From the NCBI RefSeq assembly GCF_009914755.1, contig NC_060943.1: 64,000 bases of DNA. One strand, 5' to 3'. The stretch comes from the human T2T-CHM13v2.0 reference genome, Homo sapiens. The notes under the pieces were generated by a model. It worked only from the letters and a program-made list of their open reading frames with translations, was not told the DNA's origin and searched no databases. This document shows positions 1 through 23,943 of the stretch, piece by piece (position 1 is the first letter of the stretch; each line of letters opens with the position of its first letter). A program made the translations under genes and the position numbers.

Positions 1-253
1 CCTCTGCCTGTGGCTGGGAGTCAGGTAAAGCACATGGAGCCAGGCAGGGCCCCCCGCCAGCCGTGCTGCCCTAGGTCTCTGCACCTCTGCTTGGAGAGAG
101 ATGCTGCCCTGGGGATTCTTCTGGGACCACCCCCACCCCAGTACTGACTGGTCCTTTCCACACCTCATCCTGGCTGCCCGTGGGCTTCACGTTCTGCTGC
201 AAAGCACACTAAGAAAGGAGCTGAAAGTGTCTTTGGTGGGGTGCAGTGGCTCA

Positions 254-514
<261 letters not shown>

Positions 515-705
515 CTAAAAATAATAATAAAGTAAAATAAAAAGAAAGTGTTTTTGTCTTAAGGAACTCAGGGTCTCACAGGGGACACTAGGCGTTTATG
601 GAGCGGGCAGTGGCAGCATCTCCCGCAACTGTCATGACCTGCAGATGACAAGCAGTGGACTGAGACGTGCCCCACTCCAAATTTTTTTTTTTTTTTTTTT
701 TTTGA

Positions 706-999
<294 letters not shown>

Positions 1000-1045
1000 T
1001 AGCCACCCCTCTGTGATAGTTTGTTATAACAGCCTGAACAGGCTA

Positions 1046-2465
<1,420 letters not shown>

Positions 2466-2503
2466 GGACACCCCTCCGAGCCAAACTGCATGTGTTATTT
2501 TAG

Positions 2504-3051
<548 letters not shown>

Positions 3052-3684
3052 TAGGCTTGTCTTGAACTCCTGACCTCAAGTGATCCTCCCACCTCGGCCT
3101 CCGGAAGTGCTGGGATTACAGGCGTGAGCCACCACACCCAGCCTTTATTTTTCTTTTCATTAAGATGGGGTCTCACCCTGTCACCCAGGCTGGAGTGAAG
3201 TGGCACCATCTCGGCTCACTGCAACTTCCGCCTCCTGGGCTCAAGCAATTCTCCTGCCTCAGCCTCCTGAGTATCTGGGATTACAGGCATGCTCTACCAC
3301 CCCCAGCTAATGCATTACATTTTTATTCTCTTCGTGATTGAACAGAATTTGGGGGATCCTTATGTAGGTGAACATGGTGCACAGGAAAAGGGTCGTTTTG
3401 AGCCCTTTTGGCAGAGTTTTAGTGCATTGATGAGAAAAGTAGAGGGACCACTGTTGCACTTCTATTCACACATCATCAGCTTCAGAACCCCAGCAAACCA
3501 AAGCCTGTGTCCATTTGACAGAAAGTCTCGGCACAGTTCCTTTATACCACATGCTTGCCCAGTGAGCAGGATTTCAACTAGGCAAACCCAGTCTGCCCTC
3601 TCATTTGGAGCAAGAAGTGGTCTGAAAACAGTGCAGGGCATTTTTGTCCAGGCATTTATGCATCTCAGTACCAGGTAGATGTGA

Positions 3685-4408
<724 letters not shown>

Positions 4409-4560
4409 GGCCAGGCACAGTGGCTCACACCTGTAATCCTAGCACTTTGGGAGGCTGAGGCAGGAGGAGGATTACTTGAGGCCAGGAAGTCGAGACCAGC
4501 CCAGCCAACATGGCAAAACACTGTTCTTTTTGTCTTTAAAAACAATTTTTTTTTAATTAA

Positions 4561-4683
<123 letters not shown>

Positions 4684-5627
4684 TGAGTAGCTGGGATTAC
4701 AGGCACACGCCACCATGCCCAGCTAATTTTTCTATTTTTAGTAGAGACGGGGCTTCACCACATTGGCCAGGCTGGTCTCAAACGCCTGACCTCTGGTGAT
4801 CCACCCACTTCAGCCTCTCAAAGTGCTGGGATTACAGGCGTGAGCCACTGTGCCTGTCCAAGCTTATGTTTTTTGACTTTTATCCATCCTCTCATATTTT
4901 CATTTTTCCCTGCTAAAGGCCTGTTCCTTTTCTCCTTAAAATTGCACATGGAGCCAGCTACTCGGGAGACTGAGGCAAGAGGATCACTTGATCCCAAGAG
5001 CTCAAGGCTGCAGTGTGCTGTGATCACACCTATGAATAGCCAGCCACTGCACTCCAGCACCTGGGCAACCTAGTGACACCCTCATCTCAAAAAAATAAAA
5101 ATTTCACATGGACTCTCTGTCCAATTCTCTTCCACTTAGAATTCCTGATCGTTTCCTTGATCTCTGCAGAACTGTTCCTCAGTAACATGACACTCTCCAT
5201 GTTGAACCCCTGACCTTACCGTCATCACATTCCTGACACTGCAGAATCTCTGATGTCTTTCTCTGCTTCCTTCCTCTTGCTTTCTTCCCCTTCACATTTT
5301 TATCATACATGTTGAGTGAACATTTAGAAAGAAATCCACACAGAGGCCTGGCGCGTTGGCTCATGCCTGTAATCCCAGCACTTTGGGAGGCTGAGGCAGG
5401 TGGATCACATGAGGCCAGGAATTCAAGACCAGCCTGGCCAACATGGTGAAACCCCATCTCAACTGAAAACACAAAAATTAGCCAGGCATGGTGGCACGCA
5501 CCTGTAATCTCAGCTACTCAGGAAGCTGAGGCCAGAGAATTGCTTGAACCTGGGAGGCGGAGGTTGTAATGAGCCAAGATCATGCCACTGCACTCCAGCC
5601 TGGGCCACAGAGTAAGACTCTGTCTAA

Positions 5628-5803
5628 AGAAAAGAGAGAAAGACAGAGAGAACGAGAGAGAGAGAGAGGAAAGAAGGAAGGAAGGAAGGAGGAAGGAAGG
5701 AAGGGAAAGAAAGAGAAAAGAAAGAAAGGAAGGAAGGAAGGAAGAAAGAAAGGATGGAAGGAGCGAGGGAGGGAGGGAAAGAAAGAAAGAAAGAAAGAGA
5801 GAA
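5628..5803. repeat. Polypurine (GA/GGAA/GAAA) tract
   Basis: direct reading; grows out of an Alu tail. Confidence 0.95.
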
Positions 5804-5889
5804 ATCCACACGGAGATTGCCTATGTCATCATCTCTAACCCACCTTTACTTTCAACAAAGAATTTAACTTTTGTGCCACTGTATTTCAG

Positions 5890-7007
5890 ATTGGGCAACT
5901 CCATGTAAAACCAAAGACGCAACCCCTCAGCCGGATATTCTTCCTAAAAGAACATTTCCTGAAGCCAACAGAGTGTGTCTCACGAGCATCAGTTCCCAGC
6001 ACTCCACATTAAGAGAAGACTGGAGATGCCCCAAAACAGAGGAACCACACAGGCAGGGGGTGAATAATGTGAAGCCACCTGCAGTTGCCCCTGAGAAAGA
6101 TGAATCTCCTGTTAGCATTTGTGAAGATCATGAAATGAGGAACCACTCTAAACCTACCTGCAGGCTTGTGCCTTCACAGGGAGATTCCATAAGACAATGT
6201 ATCCTAACACGTGACTCAAGTATTTTCAAGTATAATCCTGTCTTAAACGATAGTCAAAAAACACATGAAAACAACGAAGACGATGGAGTCTTGGGGTGGA
6301 ACATTCAGTGGGTTCCGTGTGGGAGAAAAACAGAGCTGAAATCAAGCACATGGACTGGCAGTCAGAACACTGTGCATCATATACGTGATGAAATTGATAC
6401 GGGGGCCAACAGGCACCAGCGGAATCCATTTGGAAAAGCTTTCCGTGAAGACGGATCCCTTAGGGCACACAACACTCATGGTCGAGAGAAAATGTATGAT
6501 TTTACTCAGTGCGAGAACACCTCCAGAAATAACTCAATTCACGCCATGCAGATGCAGTTGTATACCGCAGAGACAAACAAGAAGGATTGTCAAACTGGGG
6601 CAACCTCTGCCAACGCTCCAAATTCCGGTTCACACAAGAGTCATTGCACTGGAGAGAAAACCCATAAATGCCCCGAATGTGGGAGAGCCTTTTTTTATCA
6701 GTCATTCCTTATGAGACATATGAAAATTCACACTGGAGAGAAACCGTATGAATGTGGGAAATGTGGGAAAGCCTTTAGATATTCCTTACACCTTAATAAA
6801 CATTTAAGAAAGCATGTTGTGCAGAAGAAGCCCTACGAATGTGAAGAATGTGGGAAAGTCATTCGGGAGTCCTCAAAATATACACATATAAGGAGCCACA
6901 CTGGAGAGAAACCCTATAAATGTAAGACATGTGGAAAAGACTTTGCAAAGTCGTCAGGACTTAAAAAACATCTTAAGACTCACAAAGATGAGAAGCCCTG
7001 TGAATGA
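5890..7007 (+). CDS. ZNF114: ZNF114 final exon: spacer plus 4 C2H2 zinc fingers
   Basis: tttcag|AT acceptor in phase with the KRAB exon (G|AT = Asp); C-x2-C...H-x3-H fingers with HTGEKPY linkers; TGA at 7005-7007. Confidence 0.95.
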
Positions 7008-7343
7008 AAGGAAGGTGGAAAATTTTTCATTAATTTTCTGACTGTACCAAACATGTGAGGAGGACATATTGGAAGGGAGCTCAAGGGGTTAGCATGAGTG
7101 AGAACATCTTCCCTGAACTCTCGTATCTTACAGAAATGTGAAAAAAAACCCTGTGAAGGTAAAGTCTACAGAAAGCCTTTCATCTTCATTCATCTTGAGT
7201 AGACATTTGTTCTCACCCTGGAGAGAAACTGCGAATCTAAAAGGAATATGACAAAGCCTTCAGCGTGGTCTCAAATTCATGGTTCATACAAGAACTCACA
7301 CTGCAGAGACTCCTTACGGAAATAAAAAATGTAGGAAAGACCT

Positions 7344-7654
<311 letters not shown>

Positions 7655-7714
7655 TTAAACACTTACCACTCATGTTGCATGTGAATCCACATCCTGAAGG
7701 GAGGCTACAACTGG

Positions 7715-7720
7715 AATAAA
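7715..7720 (+). terminator. Candidate ZNF114 polyadenylation signal AATAAA (another at 7321-7326)
   Basis: AATAAA hexamers downstream of the stop codon. Confidence 0.55.
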
Positions 7721-7736
7721 AATAAGAAAGCTTTCA

Positions 7737-8219
<483 letters not shown>

Positions 8220-8511
8220 TCATTATAACTCACATACACGTGGTCTCATTTTCAATGTGAAGCCTTCTTTGAGCCTCATTCAATTTAGACTTGGGATTCA
8301 TATACTCCATGATACCATTTTTGTCTTATTGGTCACTGTTCAACTGCATTATGGTCAGAGTATGTGGTCTTTCTGGTACCAACTTGGGTTACTTGTTATG
8401 ACTTTGTCAGTCTAATGTGCCCTATTCTGTCAACTTCCCTGCCACCTCCATTCTTCTCATCTTCTTTACTAAGGGCACATAGATTCACTTTCCACAATGA
8501 GCACTATTTAA

Positions 8512-9360
<849 letters not shown>

Positions 9361-10004
9361 TTACAGGCACCTGCCACCACGACATTTCAAAGTTAATAAA
9401 GTGATCACCCTTATACCCACCATCCAAGCCCGTAAACAGCTCATCATTAAACACCAGGCAATTCACGTCTGTGCCTCACAGACGACATCTCCAGCCCCAA
9501 GAGGAAACCGCCATGGTTCATTTTGTATCATTCGCCCCCCTCGCTCATCTTTATGTTTGCAGCTATGCAGAAATCCCCAAATACCCTGTTTTCTAGTTTC
9601 GATGATGTTTATGCTGCGTATGATGGCATGGCATAGAATATTTCTTTGTGCCTTGCTTCTTTCAGGAAAAGAAAAGCTAAGCAGGTAGGGTGCAGGTGGC
9701 ATTCATTCTTTCTTAGTTATATTCATTCCAGAGACCCTGGATCTGTATCTCACTTTAGAGATTATAAACATGCTGCTAACACCAATTTTGCAAAGCCCTC
9801 CCAATGAGCATTTTATGAAAGTCATTCTTGGCCGGGCGTGGTGGCTCACGCCTGTAATCCCAGCACTTTGGGAGGCCGAGGCAGGTGGATCACTTGAGGT
9901 CAGGGTTCAAGACCAGCCTGGCCAATGTGGTGAAACCCCGTCTCTACTAAAAATACAAAAATTAGTCAGGCATGGTGGCATGCACCTGTAGTCCCAGCTA
10001 CTCA

Positions 10005-10484
<480 letters not shown>

Positions 10485-11149
10485 CTAGGCGCGCATTCTG
10501 CATGGCCCCAGCACTGTTAAGTTCAGCTTTCAGTGTTTGGGGAAGACCTGCAGGTCAGGGACCCCCACTGTGGCTGAGGGGTCTCAAGCTTGGCCCTTTC
10601 TCCCGGACCCCTGCTGCCTGCGTTTCCCAGCAATCTGCTGCTTTATCCTAGAATCTGGGTGACTCATGGCCCTCCCCATCCTGGAAGGAATGAAGAGGAG
10701 GAGGGGAGGCTGCTATGCCAGGACAGTCCCAGACCTTGCCAAGGGGCCTGGGTCCACTCCCACCCCCAGGGAGCGCTGTGCGGAGGAAAAGGACCATGGC
10801 TGAAATCAGAATCCCTGGATTCAACCGGGGGTGGAGGGGGCAGGGGCGGGAGGGGGGAAACATCTGTAGCTGAGGGAACACCCCTCCCGCCTCCAGTCGC
10901 TGAGGCTGAACTTAGCCGACTTTGGGGATTCCCCACCCTCTACCCCCAACTGGTCCTCAATTCTCACAGATGTAAACTGAGAATTTTCAACAATCGTTTT
11001 GGCAAACATACGCCAGGCCCCCTTCTGAGCGCTTTGCACCTATTAACTCATGCAACGCCTGCAACCCTATGAAGTGGCTGCTGTTATCACTACCATTTTA
11101 CAGTGGGGGGAACTGAGGCACAGCGAGGCCAAGCACGTTGCCCAAGATC

Positions 11150-11670
11150 ACACAGCCAGCAGGTGGCCGGGAGGGGCTCGACCCCGTGCTGTCAGGCACC
11201 AGAGACTCGGCTCTTCAGCCCCAGGCCAGAGCCTCCCTGCACTGACGGGGTCGCGAATTCGGGCAAGAGGGTTCGTGTGTGTCCTCACCTCTGGGACGCG
11301 AGCTCCGGGGACGGGGGACCTCGTCTGGCGTGGGAGGCATTTAGTGAGCGCCGTGGACTGAAGCCGGGACGGTCTTAGGAGAACCACTTCCCTTCTTGGC
11401 CGCCTGAAACCCCCTACAGGGTTCTGCTTCTGGAACTGCATTCGAGGTCAGAGTTTCTAGTACGAGTAAAGCGGATCCTCGGGAAGAGACCCGACCAGAA
11501 GGAAATCGCCGTCTTGGAAGATCTAAGTCCGGGATGGAACAAAACCCACTCCGGGCGGGGGGAGCGCGCCACCTGGCGGCGGATCCTGCTAAGGCAGCGC
11601 CGCCCGGAGACCAGAAACGTTGGATTTGGGCAGTGGGCCGAGGTGGTTGGAATTGGCGAATGGGCAGTTG
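11150..11670. promoter_or_regulatory. Intergenic CpG-rich element with a CTCF-like motif
   Basis: CpG-rich non-repeat sequence; CCGCCAGGTGGCGC on the minus strand at 11566-11579. Confidence 0.6.
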
Positions 11671-11737
11671 TCTGAAAATCATTGTGTGAAACTAAGGACT
11701 GTCTACCAGTGGCTTCCAAAATTCTGACGCACAGTAA

Positions 11738-11882
<145 letters not shown>

Positions 11883-13551
11883 TAGCTGAGATTACAGGCG
11901 CCCGTCACCGCGCCTGGCTAATTTTTTATTTTTAGTAGAGATGGGGTTTTACAATGTTAGCCAGGCTGGTCTCGAATTCCTGGCCTCAAGTGATCTGCCC
12001 GCCTCGGCCTCCCAAAGTGCTGGGATTGCAGGCATGAGCCACCGTGCCTGGCCGCATCAGCATACTTTTACAAAAGAATACCACCCTCTATAGCCAACAA
12101 CAATGGATTGTATACTTCAAAATAGCTAGAACATTTTGCATGTTTCACCGCAAAGAAATGGCAAGCATCTGGGATGATGGATTTGCTAATAACCTTGATT
12201 TGATCACTGCACAATTTATATATGTATCAAAACATCACGCCGCATCCTATAAATATGTACAATTAAAAACAAAATTTAGGCCGGCTGCAGTGGCTCATGC
12301 CTGTAATCCCAGCACTTTGGGAGGCCGAGGTGGGTGGATCACCAGGTCAGGAGTCCCAGACCAGTCTGGCCAAGATGGTGAAACCCCATCTCTACTTAAA
12401 AAAAAAAAAAGAAAAAAAAAATTTGCTAGGTGTGGTGGCGGGCACCTGTAATCCCAGCTACTAGGGAGGCTGAGGCAAAGAACTACTTTAACCCGGGAGG
12501 CAGAGGTTACAGTGAGCCGAGATCGTGCCACTGCACTCCAGCCTGGGTGACAGGGCGAGACTCCGTCTCAAAAAAAAGAAAATTTTAGTTTTAAAAATAC
12601 CACCCTGTATTACACGGCCCTGTATTACACGATGCTTTATATTCCACTCTATTCCTTTTTTTTTTTTGAGACAGAGTGTCACTCTATCACCCAGGCATGA
12701 TCTCGGCTCACTGCAACCTCTGTCCCCCAGGTTCAAGCAATCCTCCTGCCTCAGCCTCCCTCAGCCTCCTGAGTAGCTGGGATTACAGGCTCCCGCCATC
12801 ATGCCCAGCTAATTTTTGCATTTTTAGTAAAGACGGGGTTTCACCATGTTGGCCAGGCTGGTCTCGAACTCCTGTCCTCAGGTGATCCGCCTGCCTCAGC
12901 CCCCCAAGGTGCTGTGATTACAGGCATGAGCCACCAGGCCCGGCCTATTCCTATTTTTAAATGCTGGTCAGGTCACCTTAAAATGGTTTCCTGACTCTCT
13001 AAGGGTCTGGGATAGGGTTTTCCACTGTTCTAGATTATCCCCATGTTTTTTCACTTGACAGAGATTATGATGAGGAACCGGTTACACCCACGCTACCTCC
13101 CAGTGAGCCTTCCCCACCACACAAAGCTGCCTCCAGGATTCGCTGCCAGCTCTGATGTCAGGATGAGTAACAGCTCAGGATGCTGAAGACACTGGCCCAA
13201 GACCACACAGCCTGGATGTGGCAGTGCCTGTTTCTGCCTCACTCCTGGAGGAGGAAAATGATTAAATACCCGTAATTTCACTGCTATTGAGTACAATTTA
13301 ATTCATCCTTCCTCCACTTTGGCTGATAAGATTGAGCTGCACTCACCTGCTGTTCTCTTAGGCTGTAGCATAAGGCATTCCAGAGGTCAAACTTTAAAAT
13401 GTCTTTTTCACTTTGGGAGGCCAAGGCGGGAGGATCACTGGAGGCCAGGAGTTCGAGACCAGCCTGGCCAACATGGTGAAACCTCCATCTCTACAAAAAA
13501 TACAAAAATTAGCCGGGCATGGTGGCACACACCTGTAGTCCCAGCTGCTCA

Positions 13552-13671
<120 letters not shown>

Positions 13672-14386
13672 TCAAAAATCTAGGTTGAATTCTCAGGTGT
13701 CTCTAAAGTGGCCTTCGATGTATTCTGCGCTGGGTGCTGCAGGGTTGACCATCTAAAAGTGGCGAGCCCAGCCCCAGTCCAGGGGAAGGTAGAGGAAGTG
13801 AACCTGCTCATTGTAGGACTAGGACCCTTGAGGTGACAGAGAGCTGTGGTTAGCCTGAGTCCATCGCACTGTGGTGGTCTATGAGGCCGCTTTGCAGGGG
13901 CAGCAAATCAGAAGGCTCGGTCTGCTGTGCTTACTCTGCTATCTTTGGAAGGAAAGAGGAGGAAATCGCTCCGAAATGGGAGATAGGGCTGGTGGTCACG
14001 ACTCAGCTCCACACCAAGATGAGACTTCCTGGGCCCCCAGGGAGGAAGAATAGCAGTTCCACTGCCAGGAGCCACGCCTCAGAGGAGCTGCCTTTCCACC
14101 TCCCTCCTGAAATGCCATTTTCAAATTTCTCCTTTACTCTTCCATCCCCAGAACCTAGTACAATATATGGCACATAGTACATGCTCAATAAATATTTATC
14201 AAATTAATGAGAAAAGATATGTGGATGTCCCCTCCTGTGCAGCTGTAAGGGGAGAAATAGAGTTCTTTTTTTTTTTTTTTAACTTTCCTACACCAGTTTT
14301 ATTTAAAACACAAAAATAAGTATTTCTCTTTCTGTAAGGAAAAATGGCTCAAATATTGCTGAACACAGGCCAGACTCAGTGGCTCA

Positions 14387-14785
<399 letters not shown>

Positions 14786-14858
14786 TCATTTTATTCTCAC
14801 ACAAACAAGTATGTACTATTATCAAGCCATTTTATTTATTAATTTATTTATTTTCTGA

Positions 14859-15146
<288 letters not shown>

Positions 15147-15278
15147 TAAGGCTTTGTGTATAAATTCATCTTATTCTCACACAAAAAAGTATGCACTATG
15201 ATCAAGCCATTTTAAGGGGAGGCTCAGGGTGCTACCTGGATTAGGAAGGTGGATGATAGATTATCTGTTTGGATTTGA

Positions 15279-15596
<318 letters not shown>

Positions 15597-15764
15597 TAGC
15601 TTTGATACCAATGGATTAAATTTTGACAGGGCATTTGGCATGACTCAACTACAGGAAAGAGTTATCAAGGTGTTCTAAGCCCTCTCACTCCTACACCCAC
15701 CCCCGCTGCAGGAAAGGGCCAAAGTCAGCTTTTTCTCTGTGACCCTGTGGCTGGAGTTAGGGCT

Positions 15765-16040
15765 GTCCATAAATAATCCTTCCTTTCTCTCCTTCCAGGC
15801 ACATGAAAAGACTGCGCTTCCCGGCGACCCTTTGAAGTTCGGCGTAACCTGCTGACCCGCTCTGGCTGAGTGTGAGCTAAGAGGACAGGTGTCATATCAG
15901 GTCCAAGCCTCGCGAGTCACTGCCTGCTGTGCCATCCTCTCTTCTTCCCGTGCCAAAGGACTGGCAGCACTCCAGTGATGGCTGTGCCATGGGCCCGGGG
16001 TACACGAGTGATATGGAGCGGAGCGCTCAGCTGGCCCACA
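15765..16040 (+). mobile_element. Old MLT1 (J/I-like) LTR fragment
   Basis: resemblance to MLT1J-type consensus, from memory. Confidence 0.45.
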
Positions 16041-16155
16041 AAGGAGAGAAAACTCTGCTGCCTGAGGACCACAGAGAATCTGCAGCTGTGACTGCAGCAC
16101 AGCCCAGCCTGCCCTGACCAACATAGCTCCAAGAGAGCCAGACACGTGGATCTCA

Positions 16156-16562
<407 letters not shown>

Positions 16563-16631
16563 TCACAGATTACCCCCAGGCTGGAGGTAGAGGAAGCAGC
16601 CATGGCTGAAGCCGGCTCTCCACACATATAC

Positions 16632-16637
16632 TTTATT
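16632..16637 (-). terminator. ODAD1: ODAD1 polyadenylation signal AATAAA
   Basis: tttatt on the + strand, ~500 nt past the stop codon. Confidence 0.8.
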
Positions 16638-17130
16638 TCCACAGTCCCATTTTCCCATGCTGAACCTGGCGTCTTCGCCCTGACTTTTCCCACACCTGTC
16701 AGCACTGGGGGGCTCTTGGGGAGTAAGGAGCTACAGAGACAGGGACACAGGATGCGTGGAGAGCCTGGGAGATGGAGATGAGGAGAGAGAGCCGGAAACA
16801 GGAGGTGGGGGATCCACAGGGGGCCAGGGCTCAGCAGACAGGGAAGGGGCAGATATGGAGACAAGACGGACAGACACTGACCAGGAAGCCCAGAGAACAG
16901 GAGATCAGGAGTCAGAGGGAAAAGCAGTGTCAGGAGCAGAGAGAAAGGAACCGGGAGACACAGGTGAGGCGGTGATGAAGGGCAGATGAAAACAGTTGAA
17001 GGGGCAAAAAGACAGAGGCCTGCCACTGGGAGAAAAAGACAGAGACCCACAAGGCAAACAGGGGAAGTAGAGACACAAAAAAAGACCCCACAGAGAGCCA
17101 GGGCAGGGTGGGGGCCGCGTGCCCCTCGTG

Positions 17131-17823
<693 letters not shown>

Positions 17824-18153
17824 CTGGGGAGGGGAAGGAAAATTGGAAAAGACTAGACCTCAGCCCTCAAAAAGGCCAGCGGCCCTTCCTGCTAAACCCC
17901 GGGAGCCTCAGCCATTCTCCCACCAGCCCCGAGTGCCCTTCCCTTCTGGGGCACCCGGGGCCCCATCCTCCCACACAGGTGCCAAGCCCCTACTCCTTCT
18001 GGCTGCCTCGAAGCACATACTTCATATTCTAACCCCCCAGGGCCACATCCGCCAGCCAGTCCCCAAAAGCCCCCCAAAACTCTCTATCCTGTGTGTTCCC
18101 TCTGCCCCCATGGAAACCCCGTCCCCTCTGCGTCCCTCCTGCCCTGCGCCTCA

Positions 18154-18517
<364 letters not shown>

Positions 18518-18776
18518 TCAGGGATCTGGCACCGCCAGCTGGGTGCCAGCCCTCTCCCCACTCAGGTCCTCACTGCCCCATTCTACAGAGACTGCGGTCA
18601 AGGCTCAGAGACCAAAAGGGAGTCACCCGAGCTCAGCCAGCCAGGCAGGGGGACGGCACTGCTGTGCATCCCTCTCTCCCTGACTTGTCCTTCAAAGTCA
18701 GCCTCAAGTGTCACTGCCTCCAGGAAGCCTTCCCAGTGACCCCAGCAGAGCCAGCCTCATGAGTGTGAGATCCAGG

Positions 18777-18892
18777 CAGTGGTGAGGGGCCTGCACTTGG
18801 CTTGACACGCTGCTGCTCTTCCTATCTTGAAAATCTCAGCAATTTTTTAACAAGGGGCCCCTCATTCTGCACTGGGCCCCACAAATTATGGT
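18777..18892. mobile_element. MER91-like DNA transposon remnant
   Basis: cttgaaa...aacaaggggcccc...tgcactgggccccacaaattatg motif. Confidence 0.55.
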
Positions 18893-19402
18893 CTTGCACC
18901 CCAGACTGAGTTAGGGCCTTCTCTCGCCCCCAGTGCCTGGGCGTCCTCTGTCCTAGCCCCTGAGTGATGAGTGCCCAGTGCGCAGGTCAGTCCCCTCCAG
19001 GGCCTCTCCCCACTGTGCCCACATCACCTAGCACAGGGCTCGGATCAGCCATCACGACAGCAGGAAGGAGGACCTGCCCATATCTGAGCTCCTACGGTAT
19101 GCCCCGAGGAGGCTCTCCAGCTCGCTCCCCACCACCCCCCACCTTTCTCTCCATCCGTCATCCCTTCTAATTCTCATGACAACCCTGCAAAGTAGGCACT
19201 GCCATCCCCATTCCCAGAGCGGAAGGAGGAAGCCACACACCAAGGTTCACAATTGGTGGAGCTGAGATTCAAACCCAGGACAGGCTGGGTGCAGTGGCTC
19301 ACGCCTGTAATCCAGCACTTTGGGAAGCCAAGGCAGGCAGATCATTTGAGGTCAGGAGTTTGAGACCAGCCTGGCCACCATGGTGAAACCCTGTCTCTAC
19401 TA

Positions 19403-19582
<180 letters not shown>

Positions 19583-19960
19583 CTAACAATAAATGTTTTA
19601 AAAAAGAGAAAAGAAACAGGACAGCCTGACTCCTGAGTGCTCTGCATGGCTACTTCCTGAAAAATAAGAAAGATGAGGCCCGGCGCAGTGGCTCACACCT
19701 GTAATCCCAGCACTTTGGGAAGCCAAGGCGGGTGGATCACCTCAAGTCAGGAGTTTGAGACCAGCCTGACCAACATGGCAAAACCCCCCTCCACTAAAAA
19801 TACAAAAATTAGCTGGGTGTGGTGGTGTGTGCCTGTAATCCCAGCTACTGGGAGGCTGAGGCAGGAGAATCGCTTGAACCAGGAGGGGGAGATTGCAGTG
19901 AGCCGAGATCGTGCCACTGCACTCCAACCTGGGGAACAGAGCGAGACTTTCTCAAATTTA

Positions 19961-20239
<279 letters not shown>

Positions 20240-20499
20240 TCACCTGAGGTCAGGAGTTTGAGACCAGCCTGCCAACATGGCGAAACCCCGTCTCTACTAA
20301 AAATACCAAAATTAGTTGGGCGTGGTGGCGGGCACCTGTAATCCCAGCAACTCAGGAGGCTGAGGCAGAACTGCTTGAAACTGGGTGGCAGAGGTTGCAG
20401 TGAGCCGAGATTGTGCCACTGCACTCCAGGCTGGGCAAAAGAGCGAAATTCCTCTCAAAAAATAAATAAATGAAAAAAATCTAAAAAAATTTTTAAAAA

Positions 20500-21470
<971 letters not shown>

Positions 21471-21474
21471 TATA

Positions 21475-23081
<1,607 letters not shown>

Positions 23082-23171
23082 CTAGGAAGAAGCAGGAGGC
23101 AGGCTGAGGGAGGGAAGGGGGCGGGGAGGCCGGGAGGAGAGGAGGAGATGGAGAGGGCAGGCCTCACTCAC

Positions 23172-23254
23172 CTCCTTGATCTCTTCCTGCACATGCTCCA
23201 GCTCCAAGTTCTGCTCGTTGATGAAGTTGAACTCAGCAAAGTTGCGCTCCTCGA
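23172..23254 (-). CDS. ODAD1: ODAD1 coding exon 9
   Basis: cag|TC...GAG|gtgagt; [16 protein letters not shown]...EIKE. Confidence 0.95.
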
Positions 23255-23808
23255 CTGGGAGAGTTGGGCAAGGCGGGGCCCAGAGAGAGGGAGACAGAGA
23301 AACAGAGACAGAGAGAACAGAGACAGAGAGGCATACAGAAGGCCAAAGAAAGTGAAGATGAGGAAGGCCACACAGAAACCAAGGCAGAGAGACGAACAGA
23401 GAGGAGTCACAGAGACAAAGAGGTGTGGGAAGATACGGCAGGTGGGACACAGAAATACACAGCAAGGCAGAGAGGGAAAGCCAGAGACTCGGCAATAGCA
23501 AGGGAGATGGGGAGATGCAGGCGGGGAGAACGGTAGATATGGGTAAGGAGAGAAACAGAGAGGGACAGGGTTGAGGGAAGGATGTGGAGAGTGACCCCAG
23601 GCCCAGGAGTTAGGAGGGGGTGGGGAGGGGCAGAGACAGGGCCACGGTAAGACGCCAGTGGACGCGGGCGGCGGGTCCCAGGCATGACGCCTTGTTCCTC
23701 CAGCACAGATGGAGGAGTTCCCCAGGGCCAGAGCTGAGGCCAGCCTGCACTGGACTCAGGGGGTGCCGGGGTCCCGGGCCTCCTCCCTCCACCCAGGGCC
23801 CCACTCAC

Positions 23809-23943
23809 TCTCCAGATACTTCTGCACCAACAGGTCAGGGTCACTCTCCCCCATCAGCTGGGACAGTTTATTCAGGGCATCCTCGTAGCAAAGCACCAGC
23901 CTCTCCTGGGAGGTCTTCCAGACGCCCTCGGCCACCTCCCCGG
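23809..23943 (-). CDS. ODAD1: ODAD1 coding exon 8
   Basis: tag|CC...A|gtgagt; AGEVAEGVW...QKYLE. Confidence 0.95.

Noticed and set aside
12603-12631. 15-bp tandem duplication ccctgtattacacg(g)
   Set aside because: Ordinary short slippage duplication within a probable DNA-transposon relic
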